Part shown: positions 1-7,421 of the stretch, in pieces
Layout of the letters: each line of letters starts with the position of its first letter
Position numbering within the stretch: the stretch's first letter is position 1
IMG/VR virus record: IMGVR_UViG_3300035676_000002
Coordinates: 32,001 to 96,000 of that record
Reading direction: 5' to 3' (one strand)
Length of the DNA: 64,000 nt
Source of the DNA: a virus
Made by a program: the position numbers and the translations under genes
Notes under the pieces: generated by a model
What the model was told of the DNA's origin: nothing
Database searches by the model: none
Seen by the model: only the letters and a program-made list of their open reading frames with translations

Positions 1-380
1 CACTTACAGCCGCACATAGGCGACGTAAGCTTGGATCATATGTTTTGGTTACTTCATTAACTACCCGCCGAAGCGTTGTTGTAAAAATTAATGATCGAGG
101 ACCATATATTCGTGGACGTGGGCTTGATTTATCAAAGGAAGCGGCGCGTAAATTAGGGATGCTGCCTAGAGGGTTAGAGCGCGTTTCGATAACCGAATAT
201 AATCCTCCCAAATCATCGTCGCTTGAAGTGCGTGCTGATCTAGAGCCGAACGAGACAAGTAGCGGAACAGATAACCAAATCGCCACGCCACATTCAACCT
301 TGATACCATACTCAGGCTATCTGTTGCACTTGCCTTTGCTATTGAGGGCATCCATTCAATTTCTGGAGATACGACAATAG
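1..380 (+). CDS. rlpA: RlpA-like double-psi beta-barrel lytic transglycosylase, 5'-truncated by the window edge
   Basis: The frame is open from nt 3 and reads LTAAHRRRKLGSYVLVTSLTTRRSVVVKINDRGPYIRGRGLDLSKEAARKLGM. This matches the RlpA pattern TAAH...VVVRINDRGP...IDLS..AA..LG. Confidence 0.85.
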   Translation, partial: LTAAHRRRKLGSYVLVTSLTTRRSVVVKINDRGPYIRGRGLDLSKEAARKLGMLPRGLERVSITEYNPPKSSSLEVRADLEPNETSSGTDNQIATPHSTLIPYSGYLLHLPLLLRASIQFLEIRQ

Positions 381-1266
381 GAATACCCACATTCACAAAA
401 TCGGCTGTAACAATATTAAATGTTTCTGTAAAACTTACCTGCATCCCAATATCCATATCTGATACTACTTTTAGGAATTGATTATGGCTTACCCATGAGT
501 GTTCAACTAGGACGTGAGTAGTGTGCTGAAATAACGCACGAAGGTTCCTAAGAACGCTATCCCCGTTTTGCTCTGCGCGTGTACCATTGATATGAAAGAA
601 GAGAGCCATGCCACGACTGTTGGCAAACTGAATCGCTGCGATTGCTTGTTTTAATTGATTTTTTAGTGGTCGCGTTGCCCCGAAGCAACCAATATGGATT
701 TCTCTATTATATCGGCGGAATTTTACTACGTCCTCTATGCGAGCGTTGGCTAGCGGCACAGGGATATCACGACGATCATAAATATTAGGAAGCAAAAATG
801 CTTTTTGATAATCTTGATTACTATAGACATAATTTACGTCATAGACAAATTCATCTGTATTTCCCGACAGGGCAAAGTTATCGTAGATATAGCTCAACTC
901 AAGATAACGGGCAGTCCAATCCATTGCAACTCCCTCGTTTGCGATGAATGGAATCTTTGAATGTGATCGAACAACCCACTGAACATTGGGATACTTTTGG
1001 CATAGGACGTGGAACTTTTCTGGCACAACCCAAAATGCCTCAATGATAACATGAGTTGGCTGGTAGGCGTGAACCTCTCGATCAATACAATTATTATCAA
1101 TAACCGTAACGACTTTTGATTCAATCTTATTCCGCTGGAGTGCGAGCGAAACAAAGAGAGCCGAGTTTTTTAATCCATATGTACCTTCTCCATAACTAAT
1201 ATGTGGTCGATATTTGCATATAAATAATACTCTCTTGGGACGCTGCGTGTCGTGATGATGACTCAT
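166..1266 (-). CDS. GT-B fold (GT4-like) glycosyltransferase
   Basis: Motifs IGCFGATRPLKN and DIGMQVSFTETFNIVTADFVNVGIPIVVS resemble the GT4 S..E.F......E....G.P pattern. Start moved to ATG 1266, which has GGAG upstream (ORF track starts at 1326). Confidence 0.7.
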   Translation of the reverse strand: MSHHHDTQRPKRVLFICKYRPHISYGEGTYGLKNSALFVSLALQRNKIESKVVTVIDNNCIDREVHAYQPTHVIIEAFWVVPEKFHVLCQKYPNVQWVVRSHSKIPFIANEGVAMDWTARYLELSYIYDNFALSGNTDEFVYDVNYVYSNQDYQKAFLLPNIYDRRDIPVPLANARIEDVVKFRRYNREIHIGCFGATRPLKNQLKQAIAAIQFANSRGMALFFHINGTRAEQNGDSVLRNLRALFQHTTHVLVEHSWVSHNQFLKVVSDMDIGMQVSFTETFNIVTADFVNVGIPIVVSPEIEWMPSIAKASATDSLSMVSRLNVAWRFGYLFRYLSRSALDQHALQATMIWEDYIRLSKRALTL

Positions 1267-1358
1267 ATCACTACTCCAACTGCTTTTTATCAACCTCAAG
1301 TAGTGCAACAGGCGGTTGTAATTCATAATAACAACATCCCCTCATACGCGCAATATCA

Positions 1359-2678
1359 TTATGGTTCCCACGGAAGAATTATTTTATCTAAACTTACATT
1401 CTTATCGTCTTGAGAGCCTACGGTAATTAATCGGCTGTCTCCTACTGGATGACCAGAGACAGACTCAAACATCCATTGCCCACAGTGCGACTCTAGAATG
1501 CCATTTGATACCGCAAAATCATCTGCTGGGATAAGTGCCCCATTTGTAAGCAATACCGCTCCGCTACTTAGGTGGGTTTGCGAAGCGATATGAACGTGCC
1601 CGACGATAAAGACCTTATACTCCCTCCTATCTGGCAGGGAGGCATTGATACGCGAGATTTGGTGCTCTAAGTGCGCCATATTGATGTTCTTACCGGGATT
1701 TCCCGGCTTAAGAATCGTATCGCCATGTGTTGCAAAAACTTCCTGACCGCATACATTATAAGAGAGCACTTGAAATTCTGGAATGTGAAAATCGACATTT
1801 GCTAGATTCCCGCACGCCTTCTTGACCGAATAATAGATAACGGTTTCGAGACTATCCCACTTATCATGGATTGCCCGTGTGGGATGACGAGACAGGAAGC
1901 GACCATGATTTCCCGTAACGCATCGAACGTCTACCACAGGATATGCTTCGGCAAATCGCGTAATTGCCTGAGAAAGCAAATGAATCGCACGACACGATTG
2001 CGCGGCGAGCCTATCCCCATCCCGTGCATCATGCAATTGATTCTGGATTACATCACCAAGAATAAGCACATTGAGGTGCGTATCTTTGCGATGGTCAAGC
2101 TTATAGCTGCATACTGAACTTACGACCTTTGACAACCGACGCGCTTCCTCAACTGCCCCATAATCCTGCGTCCCGGTGCGCTTGACTACGATATCGCTTC
2201 CGAAATGCAAGTCAGATAATACAACGGTAACAACACGCAATGGACGCTCACCTGACTTTCTGCTGCGAGCATAGCCGAGAGGAGAAAGCTTCGGAACGTC
2301 CATACCTCTAGTAATTTCGAGGAATGATGATTCAAGTTGCTGATTTTGTTTGGGTTTTACATTTACCGAGTATCGGACATTTGCCTCTCCATCCCCCCGT
2401 GGAGATACGCTAAAGTGCTGTCCGACAATATTCCACTTGGCCTTATCTACGCCAAGTTCAGATAGCATCTTATCTACGTCTTTTAGATTCGCAGAAAATC
2501 GTTCGACTTTTTCGTAACGTCGATCACGTCGATTATTACGACGTTCCTTATCGCATGAGATACAGATGGTGCGCCACTTCCCGCCACCCTTAGAAAAGTC
2601 CTGATAGAATTGTGTTGCTGGACCCCCCTTATGGTATTGGCATTTCTTATTCCTGCAATGTGATACGTATTTAGGCAT
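1359..2678 (-). CDS. Calcineurin-like metallophosphoesterase with an N-terminal Cys4 zinc-finger-like region
   Basis: Motifs SDLHFG, LGDVI, GNHGR, THGD and GHVH are present. N-terminus has CRNKKC...F...CISC. Confidence 0.8.
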   Translation of the reverse strand: MPKYVSHCRNKKCQYHKGGPATQFYQDFSKGGGKWRTICISCDKERRNNRRDRRYEKVERFSANLKDVDKMLSELGVDKAKWNIVGQHFSVSPRGDGEANVRYSVNVKPKQNQQLESSFLEITRGMDVPKLSPLGYARSRKSGERPLRVVTVVLSDLHFGSDIVVKRTGTQDYGAVEEARRLSKVVSSVCSYKLDHRKDTHLNVLILGDVIQNQLHDARDGDRLAAQSCRAIHLLSQAITRFAEAYPVVDVRCVTGNHGRFLSRHPTRAIHDKWDSLETVIYYSVKKACGNLANVDFHIPEFQVLSYNVCGQEVFATHGDTILKPGNPGKNINMAHLEHQISRINASLPDRREYKVFIVGHVHIASQTHLSSGAVLLTNGALIPADDFAVSNGILESHCGQWMFESVSGHPVGDSRLITVGSQDDKNVSLDKIILPWEP

Positions 2679-2686
2679 AAAGCCTC

Positions 2687-3052
2687 CTAGAATTCTATTG
2701 TCCCGAAGCTAGAGTTATCTATCGAATAATGGCATCGGGTAACGCGGCGTGTTCGTAGTGCCGCTTCACAACGAGGACACGGGCGCGCAAGTGCATAGGA
2801 ACCATCCCCACGGACCCTACAGACATAGACGACCGATCCGGTTCCTGCTTTACGAAGAACACGGTACTCTGCGTGTGCGGTAGGGGAGATTTTTCGTGCT
2901 GCCTGATTCCGAGAAGATACAATAACCCCATCGGGGCGTATAGCCACCGCACCAATAGCGTATTGTCGCAAATCATCGTCACGCTTTTGACCGACTTCCC
3001 CTGCTAGATGTAAATATTTCCATACGGGAGACATATTACTCCAAATGCACAA
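2687..3052 (-). CDS. Cytidine/deoxycytidylate deaminase family zinc protein
   Basis: HAE and PCPRC zinc-binding motifs. Confidence 0.8.
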   Translation of the reverse strand: MCIWSNMSPVWKYLHLAGEVGQKRDDDLRQYAIGAVAIRPDGVIVSSRNQAARKISPTAHAEYRVLRKAGTGSVVYVCRVRGDGSYALARPCPRCEAALRTRRVTRCHYSIDNSSFGTIEF

Positions 3053-3362
3053 TAAGCGGCTTTCCGGCTTCTGCTGAAATTGAAAACTTCCGACCAGATC
3101 GAATAGCTTCTGAAATCATATCATCTTGAGCCTCAGTTAAATTTAATTCCCCACGCTCCTTCCGTTGCAGCTTGAGGATAGTAGCGATAAGATATCCCAC
3201 TTCATCAGAACGTAACGTCGAAAGCGGAGCCTCACGAACCATTTCATATAGTCCAGCGAGCCATGCGTCAGTCGGAATCATGTTTGTTTGAAACTTTTCA
3301 AGACATTCCGAAAGAAGCTGCTTAGTCGTAAGCGGCTTTTTCATTTCTGGCTTAGAATTCAT
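3036..3362 (-). CDS. hypothetical protein
   Basis: 108-aa ORF tightly packed with its neighbours; ATGA overlap with the upstream gene. Confidence 0.6.
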   Translation of the reverse strand: MNSKPEMKKPLTTKQLLSECLEKFQTNMIPTDAWLAGLYEMVREAPLSTLRSDEVGYLIATILKLQRKERGELNLTEAQDDMISEAIRSGRKFSISAEAGKPLIVHLE

Positions 3363-3589
3363 ACTCGTTCCTCCTTTGGAATAACCCTAGCACGAACCCA
3401 CTTAACCGATAAGTATTCAAAAATCTCTACCCTACCATAATGCTCCAAGAGTTTAATCGCATCGCAATAATCGTTATTCGACCATGAATTCACAATAAGA
3501 TGCCCACGCTCTTTAGGAGATTCCTCCGCGCACGCAGCTACAACTACATCCTGTAAGCGATCAATTAATTCTTCTCTATCGCTGGACAT
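3359..3589 (-). CDS. hypothetical protein
   Basis: 76-aa ORF with TAATG and ATGA coupling on either side. Confidence 0.6.
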   Translation of the reverse strand: MSSDREELIDRLQDVVVAACAEESPKERGHLIVNSWSNNDYCDAIKLLEHYGRVEIFEYLSVKWVRARVIPKEERV

Positions 3590-3867
3590 TATAAATTGAC
3601 TCCTCGCTTTTTAACTTCCGTAGTTTCTCCTGCGTAAACCGTTGCCTTCCCTACGGATATCCTCATTTTCCCTGTTTTAGTAATCAGAACTTGAGCAACG
3701 GACTTACGTGCTCCGCTATCTAAATCTTTTCCAACTACCTCTACGACAATCCATCCCTGCTTATCGCTACTAGCAAGTCGAGTAACTTCTGATGCCCCCC
3801 ACTTAAATCCATATGAGGTATCGAGAAAATACTGTGCAACTCCCTTTGGATCAAGATTCCGGCTCAC
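3589..3867 (-). CDS. hypothetical protein
   Basis: Probable GTG start at 3867 with AGGAG 5 nt upstream. The ORF-track start at 3963 would overlap thyX by about 110 nt. Confidence 0.55.
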   Translation of the reverse strand: MSRNLDPKGVAQYFLDTSYGFKWGASEVTRLASSDKQGWIVVEVVGKDLDSGARKSVAQVLITKTGKMRISVGKATVYAGETTEVKKRGVNL

Positions 3868-4651
3868 AAAAACTCCTAAACTGTTTCCAGCCTTCAAAAT
3901 TTGCGTATCGACTTCTATTCCCCATGCATACGGCTTGGTGCTCCAGCGGAGAAAAGTGTCCACTTTCGACTAGCCGCGCCGTAAATTCGACTTCCTCTTT
4001 AGAATCACGCTGTTCATTTTGACGCACATAACTTACTCTCGCACAACGGGCTGCGGACATTGCCGCAAGGATACTACAATGTACGTTTCCGAATTCTTCC
4101 TTCCGAATAAAGGGAAGATGCCATTCTCCCTGCTTTCGCCTTACCGGCACGCTTTCCCACCGTGCTTTCCGCATCGCATCGGCTAGCGCATGAATCTCTG
4201 GCTGTGCATCCGACTTACACCGAAGATTAAAAAAGTTATCGAACTCTGTAGCGGAAAGAATTGTTTGCACATGAGAAAAATTCTCGATTAACCGATTTGC
4301 GATTTGCTTATGCACTCCAAGTTCAGATAACTTTCTAGCCGCAGCAAGGCTAAAGTCAATTGCAGAGTACCATACTTTTCGCGCTTCGTCAACTGTTTTC
4401 TCATCCAATATCTCGTTCGCAGACATTCCTTTTCTATTTTTGCCCCACTCAATAGGCTCTGCTGGTGAGTTACGGATTGATTCAATGACTCGCTCGATAG
4501 GAATAGCACGGCTCGATGCGCTATTGCGACTAAACATTCGGTGCGTGTTTAGTTCAGCAAGAATCCATCGTGGATAGATAAGCTCAAAAGTCGTGAGGCG
4601 CGGACCATCGGAACCGGACTGAGAGTCCGCAACAATCTTAGCAGAAATCAT
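3851..4651 (-). CDS. thyX: FAD-dependent thymidylate synthase (ThyX/Thy1), phage type
   Basis: ThyX motif variant ELNTHRMFSRNSASSRAIP, plus NFFNLRC...AQPEI and ARCARVSY...H.SPLEHQA. AGGAG RBS. Confidence 0.85.
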   Translation of the reverse strand: MISAKIVADSQSGSDGPRLTTFELIYPRWILAELNTHRMFSRNSASSRAIPIERVIESIRNSPAEPIEWGKNRKGMSANEILDEKTVDEARKVWYSAIDFSLAAARKLSELGVHKQIANRLIENFSHVQTILSATEFDNFFNLRCKSDAQPEIHALADAMRKARWESVPVRRKQGEWHLPFIRKEEFGNVHCSILAAMSAARCARVSYVRQNEQRDSKEEVEFTARLVESGHFSPLEHQAVCMGNRSRYANFEGWKQFRSFCEPES

Positions 4652-4668
4652 ACGTTCTCCTTTAGAAC

Positions 4669-4947
4669 TTATTTCTTATGTTTATCTCGATATGACTTGA
4701 ACAATCTATTTGCGGTATCGTTCCACGGCTCCTTAATGCAGCATACTCCATCAACATCATGTATAACCCCTACCGATGGGGTGAGTGTTTTTGTTTTAAG
4801 GAGTTTGCGAGCAACGCGATTAAAGCGGCGAACTTCAGCCCTGTTGCCGTTGATTAACCACGCATGAATAAACTCTAGACTTGGTTCTTCGCTATGCTGT
4901 GGCGTATTCGGCTGAGTAGATTCGCCCGTTTCCTTTTGATTTTCCAT
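4669..4947 (-). CDS. hypothetical protein
   Basis: 92-aa ORF with AAGGAG upstream. Confidence 0.6.
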   Translation of the reverse strand: MENQKETGESTQPNTPQHSEEPSLEFIHAWLINGNRAEVRRFNRVARKLLKTKTLTPSVGVIHDVDGVCCIKEPWNDTANRLFKSYRDKHKK

Positions 4948-5158
4948 GATATGTTATACTTTTCTCCTTTGAATCTTCTGGAAACAACAATTTAGCCAAG
5001 TCCTCTTTGTATACCCATAATTGCAACTCTTGCTGCGGAAAAACGACACGAATTTCACCATTTTTTTCTTCTGTTGTAATAATAGCCGGTGGATAATAAC
5101 CAGACGGACCCCTGCCAAAGTACCAATTATTAACGTGTGCTCTTAGATACATTATCAT
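4892..5158 (-). CDS. hypothetical protein
   Basis: 88-aa ORF, TAATG-coupled to the upstream gene. Confidence 0.5.
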   Translation of the reverse strand: MIMYLRAHVNNWYFGRGPSGYYPPAIITTEEKNGEIRVVFPQQELQLWVYKEDLAKLLFPEDSKEKSITYHGKSKGNGRIYSAEYATA

Positions 5159-5424
5159 TAGCAGTACAAGTATTCTAAGACCGTTTGATAGTCTGATTGA
5201 TTATCCCCATAGGGAATGTAAGCGGCGCAATGGGGGAGGGATTCACTAATATTAAACTCCACCAACATAAAACGCTCCAGCTTTTTCCTTTCGCGGCTGG
5301 GATAAAGGGAACAACAATTTTCTAAACCAAGTGATACCACTATGGATATCGTGCGTCTGGATATGTCCGAATATCCGCACCCGAAATATTCCCCTAAGTC
5401 ATTTCTATATAGAATAGGTATCAT
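5158..5424 (-). CDS. hypothetical protein
   Basis: 88-aa ORF within the same operon. Confidence 0.5.
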   Translation of the reverse strand: MIPILYRNDLGEYFGCGYSDISRRTISIVVSLGLENCCSLYPSRERKKLERFMLVEFNISESLPHCAAYIPYGDNQSDYQTVLEYLYC

Positions 5425-5441
5425 CTGTCAACTACTGTAGT

Positions 5442-6059
5442 CTATTTTTTGTTTCTTGGCAAGCTCTCTACCATAATCTCTAACAGTATTCTCCTATACT
5501 CCGACGAGCCATATATAAATGGCTCAACGTCAGGGGAAAGGAGAAGGCTGGCTATATCCATGCCGCGAACATTGGGAATAGTTCCCTTAAATGACTCTAG
5601 TTTAGCTACTTCCTTCAAAAGTATGGTAATTTCTGTTTTAATTTGCTGAACATACTTTTCGGCTGGAGATTGGCGGTACTGCGTTAAGATATTGCCAACT
5701 CTCCGGTATCGCTGAGAAATAATGATTGCGCTTTGCATCCATTCTTTTTGTTTCGGAGTTAGAATTTGTGGTCGCGCCGGGAGAACATTGGCATTATTTG
5801 TAAGAATTTGTAATGCGCTAGGAAATGGGCAATTGTTGATGGACTGAATAAGATTAATTACATCGCCCCCCTGCTGGCATCCGTAACAGAACCACGTATT
5901 TGTTCCCGTATAGACATAGAACGACGGCGTGCGCTCCTCATGCAATGGACACTTCCCGCGAAGATTTGATCCAATTTTCTTAAGTTGAGTATATTTTTCT
6001 GCAATATCTTCGACGCGGTAGCGAGTTTTTACATCATCAATCGTGAGTTCCATTGGCAC
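5442..6059 (-). CDS. Stand-alone CHC2 zinc-finger (DnaG zinc-binding domain) protein
   Basis: GKCPLHEERTPSFYVY...WFCYGCQQGGDVI is a canonical zf-CHC2. No TOPRIM domain follows. Confidence 0.9.
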   Translation of the reverse strand: MPMELTIDDVKTRYRVEDIAEKYTQLKKIGSNLRGKCPLHEERTPSFYVYTGTNTWFCYGCQQGGDVINLIQSINNCPFPSALQILTNNANVLPARPQILTPKQKEWMQSAIIISQRYRRVGNILTQYRQSPAEKYVQQIKTEITILLKEVAKLESFKGTIPNVRGMDIASLLLSPDVEPFIYGSSEYRRILLEIMVESLPRNKK

Positions 6060-6228
6060 TCATCTTAGCAAGGCTAGGGGGCATTGTCAACACCGCTTTT
6101 CTCCGTACTGCATGGCAAGGACAGATACACCATTTCTTTGCAACGAAATGTGGAGGACATTTTTCATGTAAGTCCATACAGCAATATCCACTCATAGGCC
6201 ACGGACGATTTTTCTCCCCGACTGCCAT
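6037..6228 (-). CDS. small Cys/His-rich hypothetical protein
   Basis: 63 aa with CC..H..C...C.C.CH; GAGGAG RBS. Confidence 0.55.
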   Translation of the reverse strand: MAVGEKNRPWPMSGYCCMDLHEKCPPHFVAKKWCICPCHAVRRKAVLTMPPSLAKMSANGTHD

Positions 6229-6258
6229 TACATCTCCTCTTTCTTCTCCTCTTTAAAA

Positions 6259-6334
6259 TGGGGTGACGGGGAAGATTTGAACTCCCATATACCGGAGCCA
6301 CAATCCGGCGCTTTGCCAGTTAAGCTACCGCCAC
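6259..6334 (-). tRNA. tRNA-His(GUG), CCA encoded, G-1 not encoded
   Basis: Acceptor GTGGCGG/CCGTCAC, C73, CCA; anticodon arm CCGGA-TTGTGGC-TCCGG; T loop TTCAAAT. Confidence 0.93.
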
Positions 6335-6340
6335 AAATAA

Positions 6341-6412
6341 CTCCCAAGGTACGAATCGAACGTACATTTTCACGGTTAACAGCCGTGCGCTTTGCCCTTA
6401 AGCTACTTGGGA
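6341..6412 (-). tRNA. tRNA-Asn(GUU), no encoded CCA
   Basis: Acceptor TCCCAAG/CTTGGGA plus G73; anticodon arm CACGG-CTGTTAA-CCGTG; T loop TTCGATT. Confidence 0.93.
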
Positions 6413-6415
6413 AAG

Positions 6416-6497
6416 TGGGGAAGGATGGATTTGAACCACCGAAGCCGAAGCGGCAGATTTACAGTCTGCTGGTATTACCGGACTAACCGACTTCCCC
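6416..6497 (-). tRNA. tRNA-Tyr(GUA), long variable arm, no encoded CCA
   Basis: Acceptor GGGGAAG/CTTCCCC plus A73; anticodon arm GCAGA-CTGTAAA-TCTGC; T loop TTCAAAT. Confidence 0.92.
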
Positions 6498-6535
6498 AAG
6501 CCTACGAAACTGCGAGCGAAACTTTATCCCAAAAG

Positions 6536-6603
6536 TGGGAAATGCTGAGTCGAACAGCCTCGATGTGGGTCGAAAACCCCTATCTCTTGCACCGGCTTTC
6601 CCA
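6536..6603 (-). ncRNA. tRNA-like element with no D-arm (pseudo-tRNA or tRNA mimic)
   Basis: Perfect 7-bp acceptor-like stem TGGGAAA/TTTCCCA, T-arm GCTG-TTCGACT-CAGC, and an imperfect stem around the 7-nt loop TTTTCGA. Confidence 0.55.
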
Positions 6604-6607
6604 TCTC

Positions 6608-7147
6608 TTACCGCCAAACCCACCATAACCACCCCGGCTTATTTGGCTTTGGCTTTTTAGTCCTAGTTGGAACTGCTGTTGCGGTAGGCGTTTGCGTTGG
6701 CGTTTTAGTTGCCGTAGCCGTCGCTGTCGCAGTATCCGTAGCCGTGGCTGTTGCCGTAGCCGTAGCTGTAGGAGTCCGAGTAACACAGACCATCTTATTT
6801 GATGGATCAGAACAGGCATCTTGGTTACACGCAAGCAACCAAAATTGCCCAAGCGGTAAAGCTGCCATTGGATGCTCAAATGCTACAAAACCTACGTGCG
6901 GAGTTGGATTTGGGATAGGGGTACACTCCGCAACCGCCCACTCTGGTTGAGGATTCCCGTCAATAAAAAGTTGCCAATAATCCACAATACCCATATCCGA
7001 CGCAGATTGCTCCCATGCTACCGTTGTCAAGTCCGTACAATCTTTAAGAGTAGGCGAACCTGTTGGGATTGGAACTTGAGCAAAAGTGCTAGGCGCAACA
7101 CTCAATAATCCTGCTGTTACTAATCCATAGGCAGATTTCTTTTTCAT
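6608..7147 (-). CDS. Putative exported protein: signal peptide, FN3-like domain, Thr-Ala/Pro linker, basic Trp-rich tail
   Basis: Starts MKKKSAYGLVTAGLLSVAPSTFA-Q; contains VAWEQS...YWQLFIDG...ACNQDACSDPSN; ends KKPKPNKPGWLWWVWR. ATG 7147 has AGGAGAAG upstream. Confidence 0.7.
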   Translation of the reverse strand: MKKKSAYGLVTAGLLSVAPSTFAQVPIPTGSPTLKDCTDLTTVAWEQSASDMGIVDYWQLFIDGNPQPEWAVAECTPIPNPTPHVGFVAFEHPMAALPLGQFWLLACNQDACSDPSNKMVCVTRTPTATATATATATDTATATATATKTPTQTPTATAVPTRTKKPKPNKPGWLWWVWR

Positions 7148-7165
7148 TTCTCTTCTCCTGTTAAA

Positions 7166-7306
7166 GCGCCGGGGCTGGACGGGCTTCATTGGTTAAGAGC
7201 CTCCGAGATTCCCGGCCACTCCTAACCTCCACCCGTCCATAAACCCCTCTCTGGCGTTCCCATGCATGGTAGGCATCGGCTCAATCGTCCTAGCCCGAAC
7301 GTCAGA
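7166..7306 (-). ncRNA. Putative structured leader RNA or small RNA at the head of the tRNA operon
   Basis: Nested complementary blocks GGGGT/GCCCC, TGGACGGGT/GCCCGTCCA, GGTTAGGAGT/GCTCTTAACC and TCTGACGTTC/GAACGCCAGA. Lies immediately downstream of a promoter. Confidence 0.45.
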
Positions 7307-7313
7307 TGGTCTT

Positions 7314-7342
7314 ACCATAGCACGCCATTACCACCGTGTCAA
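7314..7342 (-). promoter_or_regulatory. sigma70-type promoter for the exported-protein/tRNA/nucleotide-metabolism operon
   Basis: TTGACA-17 nt-TATGGT with an extended -10 TG. Confidence 0.75.
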
Positions 7343-7350
7343 GCTATAAG

Positions 7351-7383
7351 TTATCCACAACATAGTGAGGAGGGTTATCCACA
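7351..7383 (+). promoter_or_regulatory. Two perfect DnaA boxes (TTATCCACA at 7351-7359 and 7375-7383)
   Basis: Exact matches to the high-affinity 9-mer, same orientation, 24-bp period. Confidence 0.65.
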
Positions 7384-7400
7384 GGACGACTTCGTGCATG

Positions 7401-7421
7401 GTTTTACTAAAGATCAGATAA
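7401..7421 (+). repeat. 21-bp element, copy 1 (exact reverse complement of 62729-62749)
   Basis: GTTTTACTAAAGATCAGATAA here; TTATCTGATCTTTAGTAAAAC at 62729. Confidence 0.85.

Noticed and set aside
6277-6628. Short plus-strand ORFs over the tRNA cluster
   Set aside because: They are antisense to well-formed tRNA genes.
6536-7306. tmRNA or SRP RNA identity for the structured elements
   Set aside because: There is no Ala-type G3-U70 acceptor or tag frame, and no SRP helix-8 motif. Kept as unassigned RNAs.
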